DNA of 64,000 bases from Rhodospirillaceae bacterium. Its GTDB lineage: Bacteria; Pseudomonadota; Gammaproteobacteria; Steroidobacterales; Rariloculaceae. A program made the translations under genes and the position numbers. The DNA lies in NCBI GenBank assembly GCA_024638465.1, contig JAHEKF010000002.1:18678-82677 (forward strand), written 5' to 3'. The notes under the pieces are model-generated. The model saw nothing but the letters and a program-made list of their open reading frames with translations. It did not search any database and was not told where the DNA came from. Below, one piece after another: positions 34,050 to 45,516 of the stretch. Each line of letters begins with the position of its first letter. Within the stretch, counting starts at the first letter, position 1.

Positions 34050-35966
34050 TTAGCGCGTCGACGTCGCGACACGATACAACCCCCAGCTCAACGCCACGAT
34101 GACGAGAATTCCGACGATCTCGGGCAGTTCAACACCGAGCGTGATGATGTCGGGATTGCCGCTCACCACGATCGGGACGGCCATACCGATCCCGATCAGC
34201 GCCTCGCCGGTTATCAGTCCTGAGGCGAACAGCATCCCGTGGCGCTGGCCGCCCGCGACATCCCTCCCGCCTGCAGCGTTTCGACGACTGGTGAAATAAG
34301 CGATCAATCCGCCGATCAGAATCGCGGTTGACAGCTCGAGCGGAAGATAGATACCGACAGCCACGGCGAGAACCGGCGCCCGCCAATTCGCTCCCGTCCA
34401 TTTCAGATACTCGTCGAGGGCGATGATGCCGACACCTATCAACGCGCCGATCGTAATCATGCCCCAGGGCAATCCAGCGCCGAACACGCCTTCGGCGACC
34501 GATGCCATGAGCGTCGCCTGCGGCGCGAGCAACGCATCGGGCTGTTCTGCAGTGGGTGCACCGATCCCGTAAGCCTGCAGCAACAGGTTCAGGATTGGCG
34601 CCATAACGAGCACGGCCGATATCACGCCGGCCGCCTGCATGACCTGTTGTCGCCAGGGTGTGGCGCCGACAATGTACCCGGCCTTGAGGTCTTGCAGATT
34701 GTCGCCGGCGATAGCGGCAGCGCAGCAAACGACAGCGCCGACCATGATCGCCGCGGCGGGTCCGGCGAGCGCGTCGCCGCCCATGAGCCAGAGCAGCAGC
34801 AGCGACGTCATCAGAATCGTGGCAATCGTAATTCCCGAAATCGGATTGTTCGATGAGCCGACGAGACCCGCCATATAGGCGGCGACGGAAGAGAACAGGA
34901 AGCCAGTAATGACCATGATCACGGTCATGGCGAGCGCGACACCGACGGTACCGACGATCGTCTGATATACGGCGAATATCGGCAACACGAAGATCGCCAC
35001 ACCAATCAGCACGAACTTCATGGGCGTATCGTGTTTCGTATGATCGTATCCACCTGCCGTAGACGGTATCTCTGCCCGGAGTCCGCTCACGATCCCCGAT
35101 ACCAGCGAACCGCGCATTGAGATCAGTGCCCAGATCCCGCCGACGAGCATGGCCCCGACACCGAGATAGCGTATCTGCGAGGTCCAGATCGCGAAGGCGA
35201 GATCCGTCGCGTTTGCACCGTCAGCCAACTGCGCCGCGAGGCCCGGGTTGGACTCGATAAAGAACGTCGAGAACACGGGTATTGCGACAAACCACGAGAT
35301 CGCACCGCCAAGAAATACGAGGACAGCGATATTGAGTCCGACGATGTAGCCGACGCTGATCAGCGCCGGAGAGAGATTCATACCGACATAGGCGATCGTG
35401 CTCGAGCCAACGTAGGTCGCCGCATGCGCGGTACCGGCCCAGAGGCGCAAACCCGTCTCGGCGAACTTGGTCGCGGCTCCGAGCAGAGCGGCGATGGCGA
35501 GAAATTTGGCGCCCTGGCTCGGCGCATCTCCGACCTTCAGGACTTCCGCGGTTGCCGTACCCTCCGGGTACATGAGCTGCTCTTCGACAATCAACGAGCG
35601 GCGCAACGGTATCGTGAACAACACGCCCAGGAGCCCGCCGAGGCCGGCGATGATTGTCACCCAGCCGTACTCGAAGACGTTCCAGTAGCCGAGAATGACG
35701 AGCGCAGGCAGCGTAAAAATCACGCCCGCCGCCAGGGATTCTCCGGCCGATGCCGCGGTCTGCACGATATTGTTTTCGAGGATGTTCGACTCCTTGAACA
35801 TCTTGAGGATCGCCATCGAGATGACCGCGGCCGGAATGGAGGCGGAGACGGTCATACCGGCAAACAGGCCCAGATAGGCATTCGCACCTGCGAGAACCAT
35901 CGATAGCACGAGACCGAGCAGTATCGCCTTCAATGTGAGTTGCGGCAGTGGCGTAGCGGCAGCCAT
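34050..35966 (-). CDS. OPT family oligopeptide transporter
   Basis: 638 aa with about 16 hydrophobic segments. Composition and length are typical of the bacterial OPT family. Confidence 0.8.
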   Translation of the reverse strand: MAAATPLPQLTLKAILLGLVLSMVLAGANAYLGLFAGMTVSASIPAAVISMAILKMFKESNILENNIVQTAASAGESLAAGVIFTLPALVILGYWNVFEYGWVTIIAGLGGLLGVLFTIPLRRSLIVEEQLMYPEGTATAEVLKVGDAPSQGAKFLAIAALLGAATKFAETGLRLWAGTAHAATYVGSSTIAYVGMNLSPALISVGYIVGLNIAVLVFLGGAISWFVAIPVFSTFFIESNPGLAAQLADGANATDLAFAIWTSQIRYLGVGAMLVGGIWALISMRGSLVSGIVSGLRAEIPSTAGGYDHTKHDTPMKFVLIGVAIFVLPIFAVYQTIVGTVGVALAMTVIMVITGFLFSSVAAYMAGLVGSSNNPISGITIATILMTSLLLLWLMGGDALAGPAAAIMVGAVVCCAAAIAGDNLQDLKAGYIVGATPWRQQVMQAAGVISAVLVMAPILNLLLQAYGIGAPTAEQPDALLAPQATLMASVAEGVFGAGLPWGMITIGALIGVGIIALDEYLKWTGANWRAPVLAVAVGIYLPLELSTAILIGGLIAYFTSRRNAAGGRDVAGGQRHGMLFASGLITGEALIGIGMAVPIVVSGNPDIITLGVELPEIVGILVIVALSWGLYRVATSTR

Positions 35967-36053
35967 TCGTGCACCTCCGGGTTATTGTTTCTTGTTCGAG
36001 TGGCGAACCTGCGCAGACAGACTAGCGACTGACTCGCTCGAATTCCAGCGCGC

Positions 36054-37550
<1,497 letters not shown>

Positions 37551-37567
37551 TCTACGATCCTCGCGGG

Positions 37568-38377
37568 CTACTCGCCGCCGCCTTCGGTACCGACCTGAAC
37601 GCTATCTTCATCGGCAGAGTCCTTCTTCGGATCGAACACGCGGGCCATGAACAACCCGGTCTCATACAGGACGTAGACGGGAACGGCCAGCATGGTCTGC
37701 GAGATTGCGTCGGGCGGCGTCAGCAGCATGCCGATGACGAAAGCGCCGAGAAATACATACGCGCGTGCCTTCGCCAGCGTCTCGAGCGGTACCAGGCCGC
37801 TCCAAACGAGCATCACCGTTGCGATGGGCACTTCGAACGCGAGTCCGAATGCGAAGAAAAGCGTCAGAATAAAATCGAGGTAGTAAGTGATGTCCGTCAT
37901 CATCGTGACGCCTTCTGGCGTATAGGCCGCGAAGAAGCCGAACATGAGCGGAAAGACAACGAAGTAGGCGAACGCGACGCCGGCGTAGAACAACACAATG
38001 CTCGAAAGAACGAGCGGGAACGCGAACTTCTTCTCCCGGTTGTAGAGACCGGGCGCCACGAAAGCCCAGGCCTGCGTCAAGACCACGGGCATCGCGAGAA
38101 ACAACGCGACGAACAGGCTCATCTTGAAGGGCGTCAGAAATGGCGATGCGACCTGAGTCGCGATCATCGTCGCACCTTCCGGAAGCTGCTCCATCAGCGG
38201 CGTCGCGATTAACGTGAATATCCTCTGGTTAAACGGCACGAGCCCGATAAAGATGATCAGTATCGCCAGCGCCGCTTTCATCAGGCGCTGACGCAGCTCG
38301 ATGAGGTGCGAAACGAGTGATCCTTCCTCGAGCTGCTCCGGTTCTTGCGTGCCGGGGCCGGTTGGATCCGAGCTCAT
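37568..38377 (-). CDS. tatC: Twin-arginine translocase subunit TatC
   Basis: SHLIELRQRL N-terminus and six TM segments. Overlaps the tatB stop. Confidence 0.9.
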   Translation of the reverse strand: MSSDPTGPGTQEPEQLEEGSLVSHLIELRQRLMKAALAILIIFIGLVPFNQRIFTLIATPLMEQLPEGATMIATQVASPFLTPFKMSLFVALFLAMPVVLTQAWAFVAPGLYNREKKFAFPLVLSSIVLFYAGVAFAYFVVFPLMFGFFAAYTPEGVTMMTDITYYLDFILTLFFAFGLAFEVPIATVMLVWSGLVPLETLAKARAYVFLGAFVIGMLLTPPDAISQTMLAVPVYVLYETGLFMARVFDPKKDSADEDSVQVGTEGGGE

Positions 38378-38766
38378 GATTCGCCTTTCTCGCGCCGTGA
38401 TTCATCGTCGGACTCCGCCTGCTGCGGATGGCCGTCCGTGGCAGCGGACTCGGCACGGTCGTCAGCGGAATCGTCGTCAGCGGGATCGCCGTCAGCGGGA
38501 TCGCCGGCGCCACGATCGTCCTCGGCGGCGTTCGGGCCGTTGACCGGAGTGATGTGGTTCGGCTTGCGTTTGGGTGGCGGCGGCGGCTTGTAGTCGGCGG
38601 TTGCGATCTCCTGCTCGAGCTGACGTCGCAAGCTGCTGGCCGTGCGGCGGGCACGCCCTATCCAGCGACCAATCTGACTCGCGACACGGGGCATGCGCTC
38701 CGGGCCCAGGATGATGAGGCCCACGCCGAATATCAGTACGAGTTCCCAAAAACCGACGTCGAACAT
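38374..38766 (-). CDS. tatB: Twin-arginine translocase subunit TatB
   Basis: MFDVGFWELVLIFGVGLIILGPERMP N-terminus. Acidic repeat-containing tail. Confidence 0.85.
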   Translation of the reverse strand: MFDVGFWELVLIFGVGLIILGPERMPRVASQIGRWIGRARRTASSLRRQLEQEIATADYKPPPPPKRKPNHITPVNGPNAAEDDRGAGDPADGDPADDDSADDRAESAATDGHPQQAESDDESRREKGES

Positions 38767-38771
38767 CTGGG

Positions 38772-39014
38772 CTAACTACTTTCTGTCTTGTCCTTCTGCT
38801 CTTCGAACTCCGCGTCCGGCTGGCTGTCCTCGATGCGACGCGGCGAGCCTCCATCGTCTTCATCTTTGTCGTCGGAATCCATGGCTTTGCGAAAACTCTT
38901 CAGCGCGCCGCCGAGATCACCGCCGATGGTCTTCAGTCGCTTGGTACCGAAGATCAGCACGACGATGAGCAGGACGATAAGCAGCTGCCACATGCTTATC
39001 CCGCCTAATCCCAT
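38772..39014 (-). CDS. tatA: Twin-arginine translocase subunit TatA
   Basis: [27 protein letters not shown] motif. 80 aa. Confidence 0.9.
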   Translation of the reverse strand: MGLGGISMWQLLIVLLIVVLIFGTKRLKTIGGDLGGALKSFRKAMDSDDKDEDDGGSPRRIEDSQPDAEFEEQKDKTESS

Positions 39015-39080
39015 CTCATCTCTCCAAATTCGCTTCCAACGCGTAATGATACGCGAAAGGGCTGACGCGGCGTTTGGCGC

Positions 39081-39527
39081 TCACGCGGGCGGCACTCGAA
39101 GCCAGAACGTGACCGGACCCTCGTTCGTCAGGCTGACCTGCATCGTGGCGCCGAAGCGACCCTTCGCGGTCGTAACGCCTGCTGCTTCTGCTGCGCTGAC
39201 CAGCCCCGAAAACAGCGCAGCCCCCAGTTCTGGCGGGGCTGCCCTGGAGAAGCCGGGCCGGTTTCCCTGCGAGGTGTCCGCCACCAGCGTGAATTGTGGA
39301 ACCAGCAGGAGCGCTCCGCCGACGTCCCGAAGGCTGAGATTCATTCGGCCTTCGGCATCGGGAAAAACCCGATAGGCCAGTAGTCGCTGCAGCAATCTTG
39401 CGGATTCGCGGGAGCCGTCACCGCGCTCCACGCCCACGAGTACCGCCAGACCCGGGCCGATCTCGGCAATGGTTGCGCCGTCCACCTTGACGTCCGCGCG
39501 TCCGACTCTCTGTAACAAACCGATCAT
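39081..39527 (-). CDS. dtd: D-aminoacyl-tRNA deacylase
   Basis: MIGLLQRV N-terminus and the SQFTL-like VPQFTLVADT motif. 148 aa. Confidence 0.9.
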   Translation of the reverse strand: MIGLLQRVGRADVKVDGATIAEIGPGLAVLVGVERGDGSRESARLLQRLLAYRVFPDAEGRMNLSLRDVGGALLLVPQFTLVADTSQGNRPGFSRAAPPELGAALFSGLVSAAEAAGVTTAKGRFGATMQVSLTNEGPVTFWLRVPPA

Positions 39528-39921
39528 GGTGTACTCCGCGCTGCCGCTGGGACCGACGTTGCGGGCGCGGCAAGCGGCTGATTATCGACGTTTGTGGCGC
39601 TAAGGTCCCGATTTACCTGGTTCACGAACGCACGAAAAACGGCATAGTAACGCGGAATGGCTGCCCGGTGGCGTCGAACACGGATGTTTGACGGTGAGCT
39701 CCGGCCATTTTTTGCGCCAAAAAGTAGTTATAAACGCCACTTTTTTTACTATAAGTTAGTTTACGGCGGATTAATTCCCACATGAAATAAAATTATTTAG
39801 AGGTGGGATTTATGATATTTTTTTGGTGATTATCGGCTGGATTGTGGGTTCGGCGTAAACGACTAGGCGCTGGCGGATCAGTCTGGTATTGCTGTCGATC
39901 CCTCATTCGCGACGGGCCACC

Positions 39922-41013
39922 GTGAAACGACGCGACTTCATCACCGGCGTGGCAGGCGGTGCCACGCTCTCGGCCTGCACACCGCCGCCGCAGACCGGAG
40001 CGCCGACCGGCGCTGCCGGAGAGCGCTTCGCATGGAGGATGGTCACTGCCTGGCCGCCGAATTTTCCGGGCCTCGGCACCGGCGCGACCAATCTGGCGCG
40101 CTACCTCGAAGAACTCAGCGGCGGCCGTCTCGCGGTTGAGGTCTATTCGGCCGGTGAGCTGGTTCCCGCGCTCGAGGTCTTCGACGCGGTGTCGGCCGGT
40201 ACGGCCGAACTCGGGCACGGCGGCGCCTATTACTGGCGCGGCAAGGCGGAAGCGACGCAATTCTTCACGACCATCCCTTTCGGCATGAACGCGCTGGAAA
40301 CCAATGCCTGGCTCTACTACGGCGGCGGTCTCGAGTTATGGGAGGAGGTCTATGCGCCATTCGGGCTCAAGCCCTTCCCGGCCGGCAGTTCGGGCGTCCA
40401 GATGGGCGGCTGGTTCAATCGGCCGATCGACAGTCTCGAAGACCTGCGCGGCCTGCGTATGCGGATTCCGGGCATCGGCGGCGAAGTCCTGCAGCGCGCC
40501 GGGGGCACTCCGGTCACGTTGCCCGGAGCGGACCTGTTCACGGCCCTTCAGACGGGCAGCATCGACGCGACCGAATGGGTTGGCCCCTACAACGATGTCG
40601 CTTCCGGCCTGCACCGGGCAGCGCGCTACTACTATTACCCTGGCTGGCACGAGCCGGGCTCGATCATGGAGTGCATGGTCAACCAGGCCGCTTATGACAG
40701 CCTGCCCGGCGACCTGCAGGCCATCATTCGCGTCGCCTGCCAGGCGGCAAACATGGATATGCTGGCCGAGTACAACGCCCGCAACGCTTCGGCGCTCGCC
40801 CAGATCGCAGCCGAAGACTCGATCGAGCTGCGGCGCTTTCCCGACGAGGTTCTGGCCCGCCTCAAGGAGCTGACCCACGAGGTCATGGCCGATCTGGCCG
40901 CGCGCGATCCGCTGTCGGCCAGAATCTGGGATTCCTACCGCTCGTTCATGAATCAGAGCCGTGAATGGCAGCGCATCGGCGAGCAGGCGTTCCTTGCCAC
41001 AACGGACCTCTAG
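39922..41013 (+). CDS. TRAP transporter substrate-binding protein (DctP family) with a Tat-type signal
   Basis: GTG at 39922 gives VKRRDFITGVAGGA (twin-arginine motif). The mature part has the DctP-like pattern (MVTAWP, GGWFNRPI, ATEWVGPYND). No dctQ or dctM nearby. Confidence 0.8.
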   Translation: MKRRDFITGVAGGATLSACTPPPQTGAPTGAAGERFAWRMVTAWPPNFPGLGTGATNLARYLEELSGGRLAVEVYSAGELVPALEVFDAVSAGTAELGHGGAYYWRGKAEATQFFTTIPFGMNALETNAWLYYGGGLELWEEVYAPFGLKPFPAGSSGVQMGGWFNRPIDSLEDLRGLRMRIPGIGGEVLQRAGGTPVTLPGADLFTALQTGSIDATEWVGPYNDVASGLHRAARYYYYPGWHEPGSIMECMVNQAAYDSLPGDLQAIIRVACQAANMDMLAEYNARNASALAQIAAEDSIELRRFPDEVLARLKELTHEVMADLAARDPLSARIWDSYRSFMNQSREWQRIGEQAFLATTDL

Positions 41014-41134
41014 GTGGCCGGCTTAGGTAGAATCCGCAACCGGTTCGAGTGCGAGACCATTACCTCCCGGGCACGGTTCTGATAACATTCTGCCCGCAAA
41101 GATCCCGGGTCTCCGGGACAGGAGTCAATAACAG

Positions 41135-41581
41135 ATGAGAACATTTTTTGCCATTTTCGCGTTGGCAGGGTTATCGATGGGCGGGACCGCGTCGGCCCAG
41201 GAATGCACGCAGACGATCGAGGGAAACGACCTTCTGCAGTTCAACCTTGCTGAGGTGCGTGTGAGCGCGGGCTGCGAAGAAGTGACGATCAACCTGGTTC
41301 ATACCGGCGCGTTGCCGGTTACCGTCATGGGCCACAACTGGATCCTGACAGCAACGACCGATTACATGGACGTCGCAGCCGCGGGACAAGCCGCTGGCGC
41401 ACCCGAATACCTGCCAGCCGGAGACGCCAGAATTCTCGCTGCGACGGATCTCATCGGTGGTGGCGAAGAGACTTCGGTCACGTTCAGCCTGGCGGGGCTG
41501 GAGCCTGGCGGCGATTACACGTTCTTCTGCACGTTCCCGGGTCATTACGTACTGATGAACGGCAAGTTCGTCATCGAATAG
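41135..41581 (+). CDS. azu: Azurin (blue copper protein)
   Basis: Colinear with P. aeruginosa azurin: ECTQTIEGNDLLQFN, MGHNW, FFCTFPGHYVLMNG (Cu ligands His, Cys, His, Met). Confidence 0.85.
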   Translation: MRTFFAIFALAGLSMGGTASAQECTQTIEGNDLLQFNLAEVRVSAGCEEVTINLVHTGALPVTVMGHNWILTATTDYMDVAAAGQAAGAPEYLPAGDARILAATDLIGGGEETSVTFSLAGLEPGGDYTFFCTFPGHYVLMNGKFVIE

Positions 41582-41639
41582 ATAGTCCACGTTCGCTTTC
41601 GGAAGGGCCGACGGGCAATCAACTAAGGAATTCCAACGC

Positions 41640-42992
41640 ATGCTAATGGCAGTTGTACTCATTCTTCTGGTGATCGGCTCGCTGATTTTTCACTTCGCGA
41701 GCCCGTGGTATCTGACGCCACTTGCCTCGAACTGGGAACTCATCGATACCACCATAAATATCACTTTCGTCGTCACCGGTATCGTCTTTGTCCTAGTGAA
41801 CTTCTTCATGGCGTACTGCGTATGGAAGTTTCGCCATCGACCGAATCTGAAGGCCGAATACGACCCCGAGAACACCAAACTCGAGGTCTGGCTGACCGCA
41901 ATTACGTCCGTTGGTGTGGCAGCCATGCTCGCTCCCGGTCTCGTCGTCTGGGGCCAGTTCGTCAACGTTCCGGAAGATGCCATGGACGTCGAAGCAGTCG
42001 GCCAGCAGTGGCACTGGAGTTTCCGCTTGCCTGGCGAAGACGGCGTGCTGGGCAACTCGGATATCCGCCACGTCAGTGAACAGAATCCTTTCGGGGTCGA
42101 CCCGGAAGACCCGACCGGACAGGACGATGTCCTGATCGCGCGCCCCGAAGTACACATGGCTGTCGACCAGCCGGTTAACCTCTTGCTGCGGTCGAAGGAT
42201 GTACTGCACAACTTCGCCGTGCCTCAATTCCGCGTGAAAATGGATCTCGTCCCGGGCATGGTGACCTACCAGTGGTTTACGCCCACTGTCGTCGGCCGAT
42301 ACGACGTACTATGCGAAGAGCTTTGCGGAATCGCGCACTTCGCGATGCGGGCACGAGTGATCGTCGACACGCAGGAAGACTATGACGCCTGGCTCACAGA
42401 GCAGCCGACCTTTGCGGATACGATGGCGCGACCGCCGGGCGACGCAGCGGCAGGTCAGGCCGCCTATGCGATCTGCGCGGCCTGCCACGGCCCGGATGGA
42501 CAAGGCATGCAGGCTCTGAATTCGCCGAAGCTCACGGGCCAGGAAGGCTGGTACCTGCGCCGCCAGATTCAGTATTTCAAGAACGGAATTCGCGGCACGG
42601 CCGAAGGCGACACCTTCGGCGCAACGATGGCACCGATCATGGCAGCCGTTCCCGACGAGCAGACGATCGACAACATCGTCGCTTATATTCAATCGCTGCC
42701 CGAAGAGCCGCTCGAACCGACCGTCGTCGGCGACGTCGTTGCCGGAGAACGCCTCTACGGAACCTGCCAAGCCTGTCACGGCGCCGACGGCGAGGGTATC
42801 TGGGCACTGAATGCCCCGGGACTCGCCGGCCAGACGGACTGGTACCTCGTCAGGCAGCTGCAGAACTTCCGCAGCGGCATTCGCGGATCGCATCCGGGCG
42901 ACGCCTACGGCGACCAGATGCGCATGATGGCCGACATCTTCACCGACGAACAGGCGATCAATGATCTGGTTGCCTACGTCAATACTTTATAG
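41640..42992 (+). CDS. Cytochrome c oxidase subunit II fused to a C-terminal dihaem cytochrome c domain
   Basis: Two TM segments. CuA site HNF...CEELCGIAHFAM. The C-terminal part has CAACHG and CQACHG. Confidence 0.85.
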   Translation: MLMAVVLILLVIGSLIFHFASPWYLTPLASNWELIDTTINITFVVTGIVFVLVNFFMAYCVWKFRHRPNLKAEYDPENTKLEVWLTAITSVGVAAMLAPGLVVWGQFVNVPEDAMDVEAVGQQWHWSFRLPGEDGVLGNSDIRHVSEQNPFGVDPEDPTGQDDVLIARPEVHMAVDQPVNLLLRSKDVLHNFAVPQFRVKMDLVPGMVTYQWFTPTVVGRYDVLCEELCGIAHFAMRARVIVDTQEDYDAWLTEQPTFADTMARPPGDAAAGQAAYAICAACHGPDGQGMQALNSPKLTGQEGWYLRRQIQYFKNGIRGTAEGDTFGATMAPIMAAVPDEQTIDNIVAYIQSLPEEPLEPTVVGDVVAGERLYGTCQACHGADGEGIWALNAPGLAGQTDWYLVRQLQNFRSGIRGSHPGDAYGDQMRMMADIFTDEQAINDLVAYVNTL

Positions 42993-43062
42993 ATCGCGTA
43001 TTTTTCGATACTGACGAGATACTAGGATAATGCGCAAAGAGATTCGCCAGGAGTAGATACTG

Positions 43063-44823
43063 ATGGCATACGTCGCAATAGCGGACCGGGACCACCATCT
43101 CCACGACCCGCAAACCTTCATCACCAAATACATCTATAGTCAGGACCACAAGGTCATTGCTATCCAGTACGGCCTGACAGCCATATTCGTCGGCCTGATC
43201 GCGATGGCGCTTTCGGTTCTCATGCGGCTGCAGCTCGGTTTCCCCGAGACGTTCTCCGTAATCACGCCGGAGGAGTATTACCAGTACGTGACGCTGCACG
43301 GAATGATCATGGTGATCTACCTGCTGACGGCGCTATTTCTCGGCGGCTTCGGCAACTACCTCATCCCGCTCATGTGTGGATCGCGGGACATGGTGTTCCC
43401 GTTCATGAACATGCTGAGCTTCTGGGTATATCTGCTTTCCGTATTGATCCTGCTTTCCAGCTTCTTCGTCCCCGGCGGCCCGACCGGTGCCGGCTGGACG
43501 CTCTACCCGCCACAAGCCATCGCGCCCGGAACACCGGGAATTGGCGCCGGTATCGTGCTGATGCTGTTGTCACTGGCGGTCTTCATCGTGGCGTTCACGA
43601 TGGGCGGCCTCAACTACGTCACGACAGTATTACAGGCACGCTGCAAGGGCATGACGCTGATGCGCATGCCGCTGTCGATCTGGGGCATTTTCGTCGCGAC
43701 TATTCTCGGCCTGCTCGCGTTTCCCGCGCTGCTCGTCGCGGCCATCATGATGTTGCTCGATCAGGCCATCGGCACGAGTTTCTTTCTTCCGTCGATGCTG
43801 ACGATGGGCGAGGAATCGGTGCAGTCAGGCGGCAGTCCGATTCTGTTCCAGCACCTGTTCTGGTTCTTCGGTCACCCCGAGGTCTACATCGTCGCGCTAC
43901 CCGCATTCGGCATGGTATCCGATGTACTCGCAACCCACGCTCGCAAGAACATCTTTGGCTATCGCATGATGGTGTGGGCTATCGTCGCCATTGGCGCGTT
44001 GAGCTTCATCGTCTGGGCGCACCATATGTATGTCAGCGGAATGAACCCCTACTTCGGGTTCTTCTTCGCGACCACGACCCTGATCATCGCAGTCCCGACC
44101 GCCCTCAAGGTCTATAACTGGGTTCTGACGCTCTGGAAAGGCGACCTTCATCTTACGGTACCGATGCTGTTCGCCATCGGCTTCATCTTTACGTTCACGC
44201 ACGGCGGTCTGACCGGACTGTTTCTCGGCAACGTGACCGTTGATTTGCCGCTTTCGGATACCTACTTCGTAGTCGGCCATTTCCACATGGTCATGGGCGT
44301 GTCGCCGGTACTCGTTCTTTTCGCTGCCATCTATCACTGGTATCCGAAGATGACGGGGCGCATGTACAACGAGATGCTCGGCCGCTGGCATTTCTGGCTG
44401 ACCCTGCTCGGCACCTACTCGATCTATCTGCCAATGCACTATCTCGGCTTCCTCGGCGTACCGCGACGTTACTACGCTAACGGCGTAACCGACTTCATGC
44501 CCGATTCCGTGCAAAACGCGAATGCCGGTATCACGATCGCCGCGCTGGTCGTCGCAGCAACCACGCTCATCTTTGTCTTCAACATGATATGGAGCCTGTT
44601 CCGGGGCGAGAAAGCCGACGGCAATCCCTGGGGCGGCACGACGCTCGAGTGGCAAACGCCACAGACTCCGCCCGTGCACGGTAACTGGGGCGATAAACTG
44701 CCAGAAGTCCATCGCTGGGCTTACGATTTCAGCGTACCGGGTGAGAAACAGGACTTCATCCCGCAAACGGAACCGCCACATGAAGGCGTCGTCGCAGGCC
44801 GCGAGCACGGAGTGCATCACTAG
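43063..44823 (+). CDS. Cytochrome c oxidase subunit I
   Basis: 586 aa. WFFGHPEVY, the HHMY region and the haem-copper oxidase His pattern. Confidence 0.9.
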   Translation: MAYVAIADRDHHLHDPQTFITKYIYSQDHKVIAIQYGLTAIFVGLIAMALSVLMRLQLGFPETFSVITPEEYYQYVTLHGMIMVIYLLTALFLGGFGNYLIPLMCGSRDMVFPFMNMLSFWVYLLSVLILLSSFFVPGGPTGAGWTLYPPQAIAPGTPGIGAGIVLMLLSLAVFIVAFTMGGLNYVTTVLQARCKGMTLMRMPLSIWGIFVATILGLLAFPALLVAAIMMLLDQAIGTSFFLPSMLTMGEESVQSGGSPILFQHLFWFFGHPEVYIVALPAFGMVSDVLATHARKNIFGYRMMVWAIVAIGALSFIVWAHHMYVSGMNPYFGFFFATTTLIIAVPTALKVYNWVLTLWKGDLHLTVPMLFAIGFIFTFTHGGLTGLFLGNVTVDLPLSDTYFVVGHFHMVMGVSPVLVLFAAIYHWYPKMTGRMYNEMLGRWHFWLTLLGTYSIYLPMHYLGFLGVPRRYYANGVTDFMPDSVQNANAGITIAALVVAATTLIFVFNMIWSLFRGEKADGNPWGGTTLEWQTPQTPPVHGNWGDKLPEVHRWAYDFSVPGEKQDFIPQTEPPHEGVVAGREHGVHH

Positions 44824-45500
44824 TGAGCGTCGCGATGCTCTTTGCGGCGCTCGGGGTCGCGATCGTCCTGTGGTTCCTGATGGTGCGCAGACTCCGCACC
44901 AAGCCGTGGATCGAGAAAGGCACGATCGACCTCGACGACGGTATCGCCGGTCTCGACGCAGAGCGCGTGGGCCTGTGGATGTTCCTCGGCGTCGTCACGA
45001 GCCTGTTCTCGCTGTTCATGATCATCTACATGGAGCGCTCGGGATTTCCGGATTGGCGGCCGCTACCCGATCCGCAGATCCTGTGGATCAATACGGCGTT
45101 GCTGATACTTGGCAGCCTCGCGTTTCAACTGGCTCGCAACGCCGCGCGGCATGACAGGCTCTCGGGTGTCAAACTGAACCTGACGGCGGGTGGCGCCTTA
45201 ACTATCGCTTTCATCGCCGGACAAGTTCTCGCGTGGCGACAGCTCACGGCTGCCGGATATTTCCTGGCAGCGAATCCAGCCAACACGTTTTTCTATCTGA
45301 TCACGGCGCTGCACGCAGTTCATCTGCTCGGCGGGCTCTGGGTCTGGGCGAGGACCACACTGAGCGTGTGGCGAGGTCTCGAGTCACTCGATGTGACCGA
45401 AATCGCAGGGATCCGGCTCCGCGTCCAGTTATGCTCGGTGTACTGGCACTTCCTGCTGCTGCTGTGGCTGGTTCTGTTCTATTTACTCATAACGACGTAG
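44823..45500 (+). CDS. Haem-copper oxidase subunit III-like protein (CoxO-like)
   Basis: GTG shares a base with the coxI stop. Multi-TM, with ALHAVHLLGG and YWHFLLLLW motifs of the subunit III family. Confidence 0.65.
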   Translation: MSVAMLFAALGVAIVLWFLMVRRLRTKPWIEKGTIDLDDGIAGLDAERVGLWMFLGVVTSLFSLFMIIYMERSGFPDWRPLPDPQILWINTALLILGSLAFQLARNAARHDRLSGVKLNLTAGGALTIAFIAGQVLAWRQLTAAGYFLAANPANTFFYLITALHAVHLLGGLWVWARTTLSVWRGLESLDVTEIAGIRLRVQLCSVYWHFLLLLWLVLFYLLITT

Positions 45501-45516
45501 AAGGGTTTTTGACTCT

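Noticed and set aside
38461-38505. Three tandem 15-nt units (GTCAGCGGAATCGTC, then GTCAGCGGGATCGCC twice) inside tatB.
   Set aside because: The repeat is real, but it simply encodes the acidic GDPAD/DDSAD low-complexity tail of TatB. Variable tails are common in TatB, so there is no evidence of a separate function.
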